From positions 192,001-256,000 of the IMG/VR virus record IMGVR_UViG_2595698902_000001: a DNA stretch of 64,000 nucleotides, one strand, 5' to 3'. The notes below the pieces were generated by a model, which had not been told where the DNA came from, searched no databases, and saw only the letters and a program-made list of their open reading frames with translations. Source of the DNA: a virus (Duplodnaviria; Caudoviricetes). A program made the translations under genes and the position numbers. Positions 10,871-21,088 of this stretch are shown here, piece after piece. Position 1 is the stretch's first letter. Each line of letters starts with the position of its first letter.

Positions 10871-10903
10871 GAAGGGGACTCTTTGTAGTCCCCTTTCTTT
10901 TTT
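10871..10903 (+). terminator. Rho-independent terminator
   Basis: AAGGGGACT-CTTTGT-AGTCCCCTT followed by a T-tract. Confidence 0.8.
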
Positions 10904-10920
10904 CTTCTGGAGATTTTTAT

Positions 10921-12018
10921 ATGTCTCTTTTGCAACAAGATGGTTTCGACCACTACGGCACGACCGCGTTTCAATCTGCCACCGCTGTTGCGTCTATTCT
11001 GCTGGTTAGTGGCGGCTATATTCTGCCTACCGGTACATGCAGCGCCGCCACTACCTACGGTAAAAACACCGGTAGCCTTGGCGTTGGTTTGACCGCATCT
11101 ACTGCCGATTTGATCTGGCTGAAAAAAGCAGTAAAACCGCAGAAATGGTTTGCCGAAGGTGGCACCTACGATCCTGCAACAAAATCCACAATTGTTGCGG
11201 GCGCTGCCATTCGCTTCCCGATTAACCCGACTGGCCGTCTGCATTTCGCCAAGCTGGGCAATATCGACATTTTCCTCGGCACTGACTGGTATGTTTATGT
11301 CGGCGACGTTTCCACTGGCTACCAGTGCGAACTGAACATTTGGAACTTCGTTGAACTGGAAATCGATTATACCGCTGGCAAATTCCGCCTGTGGATGACC
11401 GATGCCAACGTGTTTGAAATGAATTTACCCGGTGATTTTGTTGCCGATTTTTGGGAACTTAAAGCTCGCTACGTTACCGGTTCTGGTTCGGGCGTTGTGG
11501 TACACGTTGACGATTTCTACATGATCGACGGTGCAGGCACTTACAATAACCAGCGCGTCGGGAAATCCTACACGCTGACCCGTATGCCAACCGCTGACGC
11601 TGAAATTCAAATGACGCCAAACACCGGCACAAACAACTACAGCCGGGTATCGGAAGTAACGCCAGATTTGGATAGTTCGTATGTGACTTCCTCGACTCCG
11701 GGCGCAACTGATTTTTACACAAACCTTACTGCATTCCCAACCGTGGACGAAGGCGCAGTGCGGGCTGTAACTATTGTGCCTTGCGTGCGAATGCTGGAAC
11801 CGGATTCCCTGTCTGTTACCGCTGTTGTAAAAGTCGGTACAGCTGTGTCGGAAGGCTACCGCATGAAATTGAAAGCGGCGACCTACACTTCCCAAGGCCA
11901 CATTTTTGAAGTGAACCCGCAAACCAACATGCCGTGGAGTCCTTCGGAAGTTCAGAACGCTAAATTCGGTCAGAAGATTCTGGCTAAAGCGCCTGCGCAA
12001 CCTCCGGTAACTCCGTAA
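10921..12018 (+). CDS. Tail-associated structural protein (MxLLxxDGFDHY type)
   Basis: N-terminal DGFDHY motif typical of phage tail proteins; ConA-like middle region. Confidence 0.65.
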   Translation: MSLLQQDGFDHYGTTAFQSATAVASILLVSGGYILPTGTCSAATTYGKNTGSLGVGLTASTADLIWLKKAVKPQKWFAEGGTYDPATKSTIVAGAAIRFPINPTGRLHFAKLGNIDIFLGTDWYVYVGDVSTGYQCELNIWNFVELEIDYTAGKFRLWMTDANVFEMNLPGDFVADFWELKARYVTGSGSGVVVHVDDFYMIDGAGTYNNQRVGKSYTLTRMPTADAEIQMTPNTGTNNYSRVSEVTPDLDSSYVTSSTPGATDFYTNLTAFPTVDEGAVRAVTIVPCVRMLEPDSLSVTAVVKVGTAVSEGYRMKLKAATYTSQGHIFEVNPQTNMPWSPSEVQNAKFGQKILAKAPAQPPVTP

Positions 12019-12034
12019 CAGTTAAGGAGCGAAA

Positions 12035-13417
12035 ATGGCAATTATTTTCGCAGACGATTTCCAACAATGGCCCGCTGCCCTCGGTAGCGGGTTCGTCGGT
12101 TCGTCTAGTCCGTTCTTAATCACGGAAATGTCAAACCTTCATCTGGTTTATCAGCGTGTCGAGGCAATGGGTTTTCATTTGCCTGCGCTCGGCTATAGCA
12201 GCAACGGCGGCGCGTGGAGTTATCCGACCGTCTACTACGATATCAACAAAAAATTGCTGCAAATCAGTGACTACCGACCGTCCCGCAATCAGTACGCATT
12301 TAGCGGTGCGTCTGGTCTGCGCAGAACAATTTCGTACAAAGGCGATAAACTGTACGCAAGTTTTGCACTGGAATTCGGCGGCGCGGCCACTGATAAAGGC
12401 GATTTCCTTTTGTTCGGCACAGTGCCTGCCGGGCCGAATGACTACACAGCATTCAACGCGGTTCCGCAGCCGTTTCTGTATGCGGTTGGCATTGACGCAA
12501 ACGGCTTCTACACGTTCAACGGTATTTCCACCGAGGCGCAGGCGTTTTATCGCCCTGCGTCTGTGCGCGCTTTTATCGACGTTGTTTTTGCTTCGGATTA
12601 CATGGAGCTTTGGGTTAACGACGTGATGGTTTCGCGACAAGATAGTCTCGGTATTATGCCAACTGAAATTGCGCTAACTATGGGCAAGATTGGTGGCACC
12701 AACGGAACTAGCGGCGTCGTTATTTGGGTGCATAGCTACATGCTTTCGGATAATTCCGGTGGCTTTGGTCAGCGTATGGGCCGCAAGGTCGTGAAAACCC
12801 AACAGGTCCAAGCGATAACTACCGACGCCACGGTTTCCGCGTCTCCGGCAAACTCTACCGCGCTTTCTGTAATTCGGAAATATGCGGATGATCCGGCGGC
12901 TTTGACCAGCACCAATATGATCGGCCATTTGACCTCAAGCGCTGGCTACACAAATATGGAATTTACCGTGCCTGCTTACACCGGAAATGGGAACGTATAT
13001 GCTGTGATTGTACATGCACAGTTTAAACGCCTTACTCCGTCCGGCGACGGTTTAGGATTGCGTCCATATGCTACGGTTTCCGGCACCAAAAAATGGGGCA
13101 ATGTCACGGCACCTAGCTCGACGTGGAAGCTGCACACATTGGAACTGGAAGCTGTACCAAAAGACACAACCACTTTTGGATTCCTGTACGACTATGCAGA
13201 CACTAACAAGCTGTATATTTCCGACGTGGAAAAAGTCGAAGTGTATGGCAACCCTGCGCCCGCACATAAACTATATTCGTATCTAGGACAGCCCACCTTT
13301 AATCTGACGGGCGCGGAGACTGCGACGTTCGATGCCTACGTGTTCGATTACGCGCGTAGCAATCTCAGCCTGACAAAAACAGATATTCAGAACATTTCGT
13401 TTATGCAAAATCAGTAA
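12035..13417 (+). CDS. Tail-associated structural protein, distant paralog of 10921-12018
   Basis: MAIIFADDFQQW N-terminus and similar layout. Confidence 0.6.
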   Translation: MAIIFADDFQQWPAALGSGFVGSSSPFLITEMSNLHLVYQRVEAMGFHLPALGYSSNGGAWSYPTVYYDINKKLLQISDYRPSRNQYAFSGASGLRRTISYKGDKLYASFALEFGGAATDKGDFLLFGTVPAGPNDYTAFNAVPQPFLYAVGIDANGFYTFNGISTEAQAFYRPASVRAFIDVVFASDYMELWVNDVMVSRQDSLGIMPTEIALTMGKIGGTNGTSGVVIWVHSYMLSDNSGGFGQRMGRKVVKTQQVQAITTDATVSASPANSTALSVIRKYADDPAALTSTNMIGHLTSSAGYTNMEFTVPAYTGNGNVYAVIVHAQFKRLTPSGDGLGLRPYATVSGTKKWGNVTAPSSTWKLHTLELEAVPKDTTTFGFLYDYADTNKLYISDVEKVEVYGNPAPAHKLYSYLGQPTFNLTGAETATFDAYVFDYARSNLSLTKTDIQNISFMQNQ

Positions 13418-13430
13418 GGAGTAGCCCGCT

Positions 13431-14822
13431 ATGGCTTTCGTTTCAATAGATAACCCTGCTGGAATCCTACACCATGGCGGGCAGATGGCGTGGGATGCTG
13501 TATCAGACGAGCGCGTTGTGATGATCACGTTCACAAAGAATTACAAAGCTCTGATTCAGGAAATCAACTTTGTTGCAGGGGCGCCCGTCGTGGGCGTTCC
13601 TTCTTTCATTGCGGATATTTCCAGCACGCCCGGCATCGCTGAAAGATTCCACCTGCGCCCAAAAGTCAAAGCCATTGCCGGAACAAACTACGTTTTTGCA
13701 ATGATTCCTTCTGCGTTTTTGCCAGCGTCTAGTTCTACGATCAAACTCACCGGTAGTACAGCGGCTCTAGCTTACATGGGTGCTGGGGCTGGCCGTATGT
13801 ATATGCCTTCTGTTTACACAGGTTATATTTTGGAACGCGCAGGAGACGGCACGTACAGCGTTAAATCCAGTGCGACTATAAATATGCCGGTCGGTGCCAT
13901 TTCCAGTGGTTCCTTTGGTGTTGGCGTATCTGTTTTTATCGAAGAGGCAACCGCCACCTCGATAAAAATCAAAATTCCCGGTTACATCAACTCGTATGAT
14001 AACCAATATCATCAGGTCACGACTGCAACCATTAACAACGGCGTCCTTTCTGCATTTACAAACGCGATTCAAGGTTTCGGCACCGGCCAGCGCCAGATCA
14101 TTTGGATGGTTTACGACGCAAAACGTGTACGTGACATAAAGGGGCGTTACAAAGATTTGCAGGTAACGGGCAGCGCTTTGCAGGCGCTCGAAACCACAGC
14201 AAACCGAACCGTAGTTACCGGTATGTATGACCCGACCGGTTATAAATTTACCTACATTTGCCGAAGAGACGCAGCCAGCACAAACGTTGGCGTAGGTGAT
14301 AACTACCACTACGGCGCCTCCATTGCCAACACAGTTTTGATCGACGGTGATATTAACGAAAAAGCGTATTATTCTGTCGGCCACAACGCAGCTGGACAGA
14401 ATGCGCTGCTCGCTTCGACGGCATTCAGCTATCTGGCTGGCGTGACTCCCGTTTATTCTCCGCTGGATACAGGCTTTGTTCACAGCTCCGGTACAGTTTG
14501 CGTAGTCGGAGGACAAACCGATCCTACTTATGCTAGTTATTTCGACATTGATTTGGCATACGCGATTGATTTCGCTGCGTCTGGCGGTTCGCCGGGTGCT
14601 GCTATTCCGTTGCGCTTGTCATTCCGGCAGATTACGGGCCTCGGCCACTATGCAGGCCCGTTCGATCCAATTCAAACGGGTTATCATTACAATCCATATC
14701 ACAACAATAATCAGATTTTGCACAAAGTAAGCGACTCGCAATTCTGGCTGATTGGTTGCTTTATGGATTCGCCGACCGCTGATCCAAAACTTGGCGTTAT
14801 TTCTGTAAGCCCTCCAGCCTAA
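13431..14822 (+). CDS. Putative virion structural/fibre protein
   Basis: 463-aa beta-rich ORF with AAGGAG RBS. Confidence 0.6.
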   Translation: MAFVSIDNPAGILHHGGQMAWDAVSDERVVMITFTKNYKALIQEINFVAGAPVVGVPSFIADISSTPGIAERFHLRPKVKAIAGTNYVFAMIPSAFLPASSSTIKLTGSTAALAYMGAGAGRMYMPSVYTGYILERAGDGTYSVKSSATINMPVGAISSGSFGVGVSVFIEEATATSIKIKIPGYINSYDNQYHQVTTATINNGVLSAFTNAIQGFGTGQRQIIWMVYDAKRVRDIKGRYKDLQVTGSALQALETTANRTVVTGMYDPTGYKFTYICRRDAASTNVGVGDNYHYGASIANTVLIDGDINEKAYYSVGHNAAGQNALLASTAFSYLAGVTPVYSPLDTGFVHSSGTVCVVGGQTDPTYASYFDIDLAYAIDFAASGGSPGAAIPLRLSFRQITGLGHYAGPFDPIQTGYHYNPYHNNNQILHKVSDSQFWLIGCFMDSPTADPKLGVISVSPPA

Positions 14823-14833
14823 GTGAGGCATTC

Positions 14834-16714
14834 ATGCAGTTACTAAATACGATTGCAAAACCAAACTCGTTGGTCGCACACGCGCTAGACTACGTGGCGA
14901 TTTACAGCGATCCAAAAGTTAGCCTGTACAAAAAGCTGCCAGACACTAACGATTTGTCGCTTGTCACCGAATACACACTGGCTGGCGTAAAGCGGCTGGC
15001 GCTTTCTGACAACGGCCAAGTTTTAAGTGCGCAAACCGCAACGCAAACGCATAGGCTTTCCGTTGCTGGCGCCAGCCCATACGACGTTGTAGGTCAATTG
15101 GCTGTAGCTGATAGAAACTACACGGTTGTTTTAACGCCTACCGCTGTGCAGGTAATTCGTGAAACCGTTGTGAATATGAACACCACGCTAGGCACGGGCG
15201 ACCGTGTGGTTTGTGGTTTGAAAACCTTCGTGGTTTACAACAGTTCCCGCTCCATTTTGGGTTCCTATGACGCTGGTTTGCAGGCCCCGGTTTCGCCCGG
15301 ACGGACAATCAGTCATGTGGCGCACATAGGCGGGGATAAATTCGCGTATTTTTATTTGGATGGAACCGTGAGTGTCGGCGCTGCCGTGCGGGCCTCCGCT
15401 GCATTGATGGGGCACCGGGATTCCGGGCGGCATATCGTGGCCAACAACAATACGCACGAATATGCGTATATGAAAAATGCGCCACTCACGGCGCCCGTGC
15501 TGGTGCGGCCTTTCACCCCGCCACCAATTCCTAACGAAATGTTCTCGATTGTTTCGGAAAGTGCTGCTCCGACTTTCACAATTGAACGAACGATTGGCGC
15601 ATCCGTAGAAGACCCTCCGAGTCTCGGCGTTGCCTCTGTAATCATTGCGCATGGCGGACAGGATAACGTCAGATTCGTTTTGGATCAGCCGTTAAATCTG
15701 GCGTCCACCGATTGGACTCTGGAATGGTCGTCGCTGAATTTGTCTGGTGCAGACGGCAATTATTATGCGGAAATCGCATTGCTACCAACTACTGGAAATA
15801 ACGGACTTACTGCGCGCTGGGGTGATGGTGGATTCCAGAACCGTTTGCAGTTTGGCGGTCGCGTAGACTTGGCGTCCAACAACTACAACGTAAACCTGAC
15901 AAAAGCTGCGGTCGTTAACGTACTGAAAAAATACAGATTGGTAAAACAAGGCGTAAATGTCGAGGCTTACATAGACGACGTGCGCCAGAATTTTGCAGCT
16001 GGTACTGGCACCACCTACGACATGGCCACGTTCCCGCTCGATACCGATTTGTCTGCAATTAAACACATTGTTATCGGTGCCTTCGCTTGGGGCGGTTACG
16101 CGCTCGGTGCAATACGCGGCCCGGTTAAGCTAACACTGGCTGCCGTCCGACCGCCATTTAGCATGATTACTGACGGCACTTTGAATCCTTCGCTGACGCC
16201 AGTAGGATCGCCTGTAATTATCGGAAACGAAATCCAGTTTGGTTCTGGTAAGTATTTGTCGATGCCTGCCACTTCCGCGCCTACTCTGGGTACGAGCGAT
16301 TTCGAGATTTACGCCGAAGTTAACTTAGTTAGTTCTAACGCCGCAGCCGGGTCGTCACTGTTCCCAATTATTTATTGGGGCACATGGGCCGCACCGGGTC
16401 AGCCTATAAACTTTGAGTTTTACTACAACGACGACACAAACTCGTGGGGCTTTGCGAACGATTTTAGCACGTATGCTTTATTCCCTCACGACACGTCTAA
16501 ATCGGCATGGCACAAAGTTCGTCTTACCCGCATAGCTGGGGTTATGACGGTGACAGTTGATGACGTTGTAATTGGCACGCAAGCGTACCCGCATAACATT
16601 TCGTTTGACGCAAACGTTCCGCTGACTATCGGACGCCGCGCAGGCGGAACATCCGGTAACGTCGTTTGGTATGCAAACATGGCTATACGCGCACTGGATA
16701 TAAAATTTTTATAA
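14834..16714 (+). CDS. Tail fibre protein with LamG/ConA-like lectin domains
   Basis: LGTSDFEIYAEV...WHKVRLTRIAGVMTVTVDD...PLTIG C-terminal motif. Confidence 0.7.
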   Translation: MQLLNTIAKPNSLVAHALDYVAIYSDPKVSLYKKLPDTNDLSLVTEYTLAGVKRLALSDNGQVLSAQTATQTHRLSVAGASPYDVVGQLAVADRNYTVVLTPTAVQVIRETVVNMNTTLGTGDRVVCGLKTFVVYNSSRSILGSYDAGLQAPVSPGRTISHVAHIGGDKFAYFYLDGTVSVGAAVRASAALMGHRDSGRHIVANNNTHEYAYMKNAPLTAPVLVRPFTPPPIPNEMFSIVSESAAPTFTIERTIGASVEDPPSLGVASVIIAHGGQDNVRFVLDQPLNLASTDWTLEWSSLNLSGADGNYYAEIALLPTTGNNGLTARWGDGGFQNRLQFGGRVDLASNNYNVNLTKAAVVNVLKKYRLVKQGVNVEAYIDDVRQNFAAGTGTTYDMATFPLDTDLSAIKHIVIGAFAWGGYALGAIRGPVKLTLAAVRPPFSMITDGTLNPSLTPVGSPVIIGNEIQFGSGKYLSMPATSAPTLGTSDFEIYAEVNLVSSNAAAGSSLFPIIYWGTWAAPGQPINFEFYYNDDTNSWGFANDFSTYALFPHDTSKSAWHKVRLTRIAGVMTVTVDDVVIGTQAYPHNISFDANVPLTIGRRAGGTSGNVVWYANMAIRALDIKFL

Positions 16715-16725
16715 GGGATTAAGGC

Positions 16726-17529
16726 GTGAAGACGATAATTGCATGTTTGTTTTTGTGTATAAGCTCGGTGCAGGCCGCGCCCCCGCCAGTCAAGGAAACC
16801 ACGCCTACCAAACTGACGATTCAGTCACAAACAATCACAGACCTTTACGGGTTCAATTTCCTGTACGCTTTAAACGCCGACAAAGCCATATTGCTTAACC
16901 GTGGGCCGCGCCAGCAAGACGTTTTCCACACGGTTACGCAATATGCAACCACACACAACTATGTCATAACTGATTTCACGGTTATTGGGCAGTTTCAAAA
17001 GCTTGAAGGCCAACATTATCCAGTCCTTACGCAATTCGACATTCCTGAATTCCTAAAGAAGGGCGATCCAGTCTATATCCTCCAAGGAAAGACAAAATTG
17101 GAAGATGAAAGATCAAAGCTTTTTTCTAATTTGAATCCAAAGCCTCAAGTTTTCCCAATCCGCACTATGCACGACCTGTCCAAAACCTTAGTCGCGCTAA
17201 AGAAACAGCCGCCCGGATTCCTGATTCTGGACGTGTTCGGCGTGACTGATGAATGGGGCGACAAGCGTTCATATTTGGCGATTGAGGAAACTGTTTTAAG
17301 CCACCGCCTGCCTCATGTCGAAGTGGGCGTTTGCTACCGAGGATTCAAAACAGCATTAGCTTTAGGTCCGACCTATTCGCATGAAGATGCGGCGCTTATC
17401 ACACAACATAAAAATTCATCCAGCATCTGCGCAAACCTAGATCGCTTGCGTGCGTTAGGTAGACTGGACCTGTATATTCAGTCTGCTGGGAAATTCTATC
17501 GTGTCAAGGATAAACCAAACCCGCATTAG
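16726..17529 (+). CDS. Secreted protein, possibly periplasmic-binding-protein-like
   Basis: Signal peptide ending VQA; alpha/beta pattern weakly like ABC substrate-binding sensor domains. Confidence 0.5.
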   Translation: MKTIIACLFLCISSVQAAPPPVKETTPTKLTIQSQTITDLYGFNFLYALNADKAILLNRGPRQQDVFHTVTQYATTHNYVITDFTVIGQFQKLEGQHYPVLTQFDIPEFLKKGDPVYILQGKTKLEDERSKLFSNLNPKPQVFPIRTMHDLSKTLVALKKQPPGFLILDVFGVTDEWGDKRSYLAIEETVLSHRLPHVEVGVCYRGFKTALALGPTYSHEDAALITQHKNSSSICANLDRLRALGRLDLYIQSAGKFYRVKDKPNPH

Positions 17530-17785
17530 CAAATGGATTGTATTGGCGCTGATTGGGGTGATGTTCTACATTTTCATCCTCAGTCTGCAAAGAGAAAAAG
17601 AAGAAGAGGTTGTAAACGAAATACATGCTTGCGTCACGTCCGTGTGTTATGAGCTAGAAGGGGCCGGGCTAGCTTGCAGTATCCAAAAACCAAGAATAAC
17701 TAAAATAACAATAAGTAGATTTGAAGGCGCAGTGACATATAGATTCACACCAACCACAGATAGGTGCGCCGATGGGAGCGATTGA
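17501..17785 (+). CDS. Small single-TM membrane protein
   Basis: WIVLALIGVMFYIFILSL TM segment; four Cys in the C-terminal domain. Confidence 0.6.
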   Translation: MSRINQTRISKWIVLALIGVMFYIFILSLQREKEEEVVNEIHACVTSVCYELEGAGLACSIQKPRITKITISRFEGAVTYRFTPTTDRCADGSD

Positions 17786-18278
17786 CGTTCTTTACTCCAG
17801 TCCAATCCCTGTTGCCTTGGCTATGGGTTTCAATGTAATTCTGCTCGCAGTGTTTTACTTTTACGTTTTTCCTTTGCAGGAAGAGGTAAAAGCGTTGCGA
17901 CTCCGCTCTGCCGACTTTGACGCAAAATATATGGACTCCGTTACCACCATTTCGGAGTCCGTCGAAGTGATCGAACAAATGAGCGGTAAGCTCAGTGAGA
18001 TTCACGTCTTTCTAAAAACGCCTAGCGCCGACGTGGCCGCTTTAGCTTCGGTCTGCACCAGCATCCTCGCGGTCGTACAGGATATCCGTTCCAGCGCAAG
18101 CCACGGCGATCCTAGAAAACATGCAGAATTGTTGTCGTTAATCGAAGCACTGGGACGTAACTCCGAACGGATTCTGCGTACTGTTTCTGATGTAAGCGAT
18201 AAACAAAGTCAGGTAACTGGCATCATGTTAGGCATGGGTATGCAGCGCCATTCGGGGGACGGCCCGCGTGGCGTCTGA
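17772..18278 (+). CDS. TM-anchored coiled-coil protein
   Basis: N-terminal TM followed by long amphipathic helices. Confidence 0.65.
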   Translation: MGAIDVLYSSPIPVALAMGFNVILLAVFYFYVFPLQEEVKALRLRSADFDAKYMDSVTTISESVEVIEQMSGKLSEIHVFLKTPSADVAALASVCTSILAVVQDIRSSASHGDPRKHAELLSLIEALGRNSERILRTVSDVSDKQSQVTGIMLGMGMQRHSGDGPRGV

Positions 18279-18293
18279 CCTTCGAGGCTTCCA

Positions 18294-19079
18294 ATGGTAA
18301 CATTCACTCCGAACAACATTCGTTATAGATCGGTTGCAGCGTGTGCCCTAGAACATTTCTATGGGGCGAAGTCGTACATGCTTAACGTGGTTATAAACGA
18401 ACAAAACCAGTTCAGCGAAACAGCAAAGGAAACTTTGCTTTTGCTGTTCAATTCGTACTGCAAGTGGGCGCAGGAAGTCGAATCTCTTTTCCTAAACAGG
18501 CCGACACTAACTGACAAGGAAGTCGGTGCCTGCATAGAACTCGCAAACGAGATTCAGAGCGATCACTTGCAAATCTTCGCTGAAAATCCGCAAATCTTTG
18601 AACCTCGGTTTATAGAAATTTGGTGGCAGGCGAATACGGGCACTAGGCAAGCTTTCCGCTCAGCGGTTAAGGGCACCGAAGGCCAGTCCCATCTGGAAGC
18701 CTACCCGCTAATCATTTCGGCACTTAGTTCTGCGTTGCAAATGTGCATGTACGAGCTGTACGAAATTGATTGTTTACTGGGTTCTGATTTGGTCGCCGAC
18801 CAATGCAGTACCAACCGCACTAATAGAAATCGAATGATTCTCTATGTAAACAATTACGCAATAGAATGCTATAAAGCCACGGGCGTTTTCATGTGCGCGG
18901 AACGCCTAAAGATTTACCGGCGTTATACGTGCAGCCGAATCCCGGTTTTGATAAAAAACCATTCGTCGAGTAATTTAACGTATAACGGAATTATCGAAGG
19001 GGACGAGCCACTCGCGTCCTTAATCCGTCAATGTGTAGGTGAAAACATCGACATTGTTGACATTGAAACACCAATGTAA
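18294..19079 (+). CDS. Hypothetical protein
   Basis: 261-aa helical ORF with GAGG RBS. Confidence 0.6.
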   Translation: MVTFTPNNIRYRSVAACALEHFYGAKSYMLNVVINEQNQFSETAKETLLLLFNSYCKWAQEVESLFLNRPTLTDKEVGACIELANEIQSDHLQIFAENPQIFEPRFIEIWWQANTGTRQAFRSAVKGTEGQSHLEAYPLIISALSSALQMCMYELYEIDCLLGSDLVADQCSTNRTNRNRMILYVNNYAIECYKATGVFMCAERLKIYRRYTCSRIPVLIKNHSSSNLTYNGIIEGDEPLASLIRQCVGENIDIVDIETPM

Positions 19080-19093
19080 AGAGGAAATAAAGC

Positions 19094-20086
19094 ATGGCAA
19101 ATATTAACGGTGATTTGCAGGTCGTAGGTAAACACCTTGATCTGAAACTGGAAGCGCTGGGCGTTGACCCCGGCTCTCCCGTAGCTGGCCGCGTCTGGTT
19201 CGACACCGTAACTGGCAACATTAAGTTCGGTAATGGTACTGTCGCAAAAGCGGTTGGTGAAGTTACCAACGCCCAGCTGACTGCCGCTACCGCTGGTTTC
19301 GTAACTGAATCGGCAATGGATAGCGCAATTGAAAACGCGCTGGCCGGTCTGGATTTCCAAGCTGACGTTCTCGGCAAGGAAACCGATTTCGTCGATGCTG
19401 CTGGTCGTTACATTTACGTCGATGGCACCACCTTCGCAACCGGCGTTGCTGCCGCTGCTGGTGATATCGTCGAAGTCGATGCTGCTGGTGTAATTCTGTC
19501 GGTTGCTTACGACGTTTCTGTCGCCGGTCCGGGCGCCCTTTCGTGGAACCGCACCGATTCCAAATGGTATCGTTGGGACGGCGCCACTTGGGATGTTTTC
19601 GGTGGCCTGTCGGGTAATACCGCTGGTAACGGTTTGCAGGATACCGCTGGCACTTTCAGCGTTAAACCTGCGGACGCTACCATTGTTGTCGATGCTTCTG
19701 GTGTAAAAGTTGGTGATTTGTCGGGCACTTATGTGACCCCGGCTGCACAAACTGCCGCACTGGCCGACTACGACACCAGCACCGAAGTAGATGGTAAAAT
19801 CAGCACCGCCGTTTCTGGTCTGGCTACTGCCGCATCGGTTACTGCTGTTTCTGATCGTCTGGTAGGTTCGTGGTACACCGTTACCACTTCCGCACCAAAC
19901 ACCACTCACACCGTAACTCACAACATCGGCAACCGTTATCCGGTTGTTCAAGTTGTGGACAAAGCAACCAATAAACCGGTTGTTCCAGACTCCATCGAGT
20001 TCACTACCGATAACGAATTCGTGATTACTTTCGCGAGCGCTATCGACGTGATTGTTTCGGTGGTCGGTCTGAAACCAGCTGCCTAA
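19094..20086 (+). CDS. Virion structural/fibre protein
   Basis: GRVWFDT motif; C-terminal HTVTHNIGNRYPVVQVVD motif common in phage fibre proteins; strongly biased codons. Confidence 0.75.
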   Translation: MANINGDLQVVGKHLDLKLEALGVDPGSPVAGRVWFDTVTGNIKFGNGTVAKAVGEVTNAQLTAATAGFVTESAMDSAIENALAGLDFQADVLGKETDFVDAAGRYIYVDGTTFATGVAAAAGDIVEVDAAGVILSVAYDVSVAGPGALSWNRTDSKWYRWDGATWDVFGGLSGNTAGNGLQDTAGTFSVKPADATIVVDASGVKVGDLSGTYVTPAAQTAALADYDTSTEVDGKISTAVSGLATAASVTAVSDRLVGSWYTVTTSAPNTTHTVTHNIGNRYPVVQVVDKATNKPVVPDSIEFTTDNEFVITFASAIDVIVSVVGLKPAA

Positions 20087-20099
20087 TCTAGGCATTGAG

Positions 20100-20128
20100 A
20101 AAGGGGCCTAGCGCCCCTTTTTCTTTTT
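20100..20128 (+). terminator. Rho-independent terminator
   Basis: AAAGGGGC-CTAGC-GCCCCTTT plus T-tract. Confidence 0.8.
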
Positions 20129-20143
20129 CGGGGGAAAATAAAG

Positions 20144-20317
20144 ATGATGGTTTTGATTGATACTCAGCCGATTAAAAACAAGGTCGTGCTGGCGCGGATG
20201 AAACGGCTGAATCGCCGCAAGATGCTCAATCGTCAAGATACCGTGGACGACGAAGGCGAGAAGGTGGGTTCGGACCGTGGCGGAAAAGAAGCGACTTTCA
20301 CTAAGCGGAGTATGTGA
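20144..20317 (+). CDS. Small basic hypothetical protein (57 aa, not in ORF track)
   Basis: MMVLIDTQPIKNKVVLARMKRLNRRK...; fills the gap and has a purine-rich RBS. Confidence 0.5.
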   Translation: MMVLIDTQPIKNKVVLARMKRLNRRKMLNRQDTVDDEGEKVGSDRGGKEATFTKRSM

Positions 20318-20319
20318 CC

Positions 20320-20586
20320 ATGTGGGGATGGTTGAAGACTAGAGCAAACTGGAAATACGTTGTAGGATCACTGATCTTCTTTGTGAGTTTGTTCGCCATT
20401 GTTTTTCAGCGCAAAGAAACGCCAGAACCGGATAACTACAAAGGCGATGCGCTAGAATCTCAGGTGAACGTGGCGCCAATCGAAAAAGCGCACAAGGAAA
20501 TCTCGGACGTACTCAAGCCAGTACCTAGCACCAAATCAAACGAAATTGATGACGCCATAAGGACGTGGAAGAATCTAGGAGGCTAA
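20320..20586 (+). CDS. N-terminal TM protein, possible inner-membrane spanin
   Basis: YVVGSLIFFVSLFAIVF TM segment; lies in the lysis cluster. Confidence 0.5.
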   Translation: MWGWLKTRANWKYVVGSLIFFVSLFAIVFQRKETPEPDNYKGDALESQVNVAPIEKAHKEISDVLKPVPSTKSNEIDDAIRTWKNLGG

Positions 20587-20590
20587 AAAT

Positions 20591-21088
20591 ATGGAATTCA
20601 TTATAACCAGCATTGAGAAGGCAATCGAAGTGCCTCTCGATGAAGCATTCGGTTATTTCTTTATCACCCTATGCGGTGTACTTGTTAGCTGGATTTACAA
20701 GTGCCGACGCGAAGGGATCAAACTGTCGTCGTACTGGCTGGAAAACGTGTGGAGTTCGCTGGGCGTTTTCAGCGCGGCACTCGCTGCGTTTCTGGTGACG
20801 ATTATCACAGAACCGGGCGTGGGAAAAATAACGTATCTTGCAATCGGTTTGGCTGCGGATTCCATGCTGAATAAACCGCCGCTGCCAATTGCCGTGCGTG
20901 ACGCCCTGACGAAAATTCAGGCGGTACAAAATGAGAACGCTAATCCTACTGGCACTGTTGTTCCTCCCGGCGTGCTCAAGCCAGATGCCACAAACGCCGC
21001 AATCGAACATGCAATTGAAAAAGTTGGACGAACTTACGTTGCAGGCGTCCCTACCGGCGCGGCCCAGTCCGATAGCGATCCAAAATAA
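20591..21088 (+). CDS. Putative holin
   Basis: 2-3 TM segments; adjacent to a lipoprotein and a peptidase homolog. Confidence 0.55.
   Translation: MEFIITSIEKAIEVPLDEAFGYFFITLCGVLVSWIYKCRREGIKLSSYWLENVWSSLGVFSAALAAFLVTIITEPGVGKITYLAIGLAADSMLNKPPLPIAVRDALTKIQAVQNENANPTGTVVPPGVLKPDATNAAIEHAIEKVGRTYVAGVPTGAAQSDSDPK

Noticed and set aside
2534-20095. Long - strand ORFs (2534-3814, 6225-7382, 9580-11244, 19028-20095)
   Set aside because: Antisense shadows of the structural genes.
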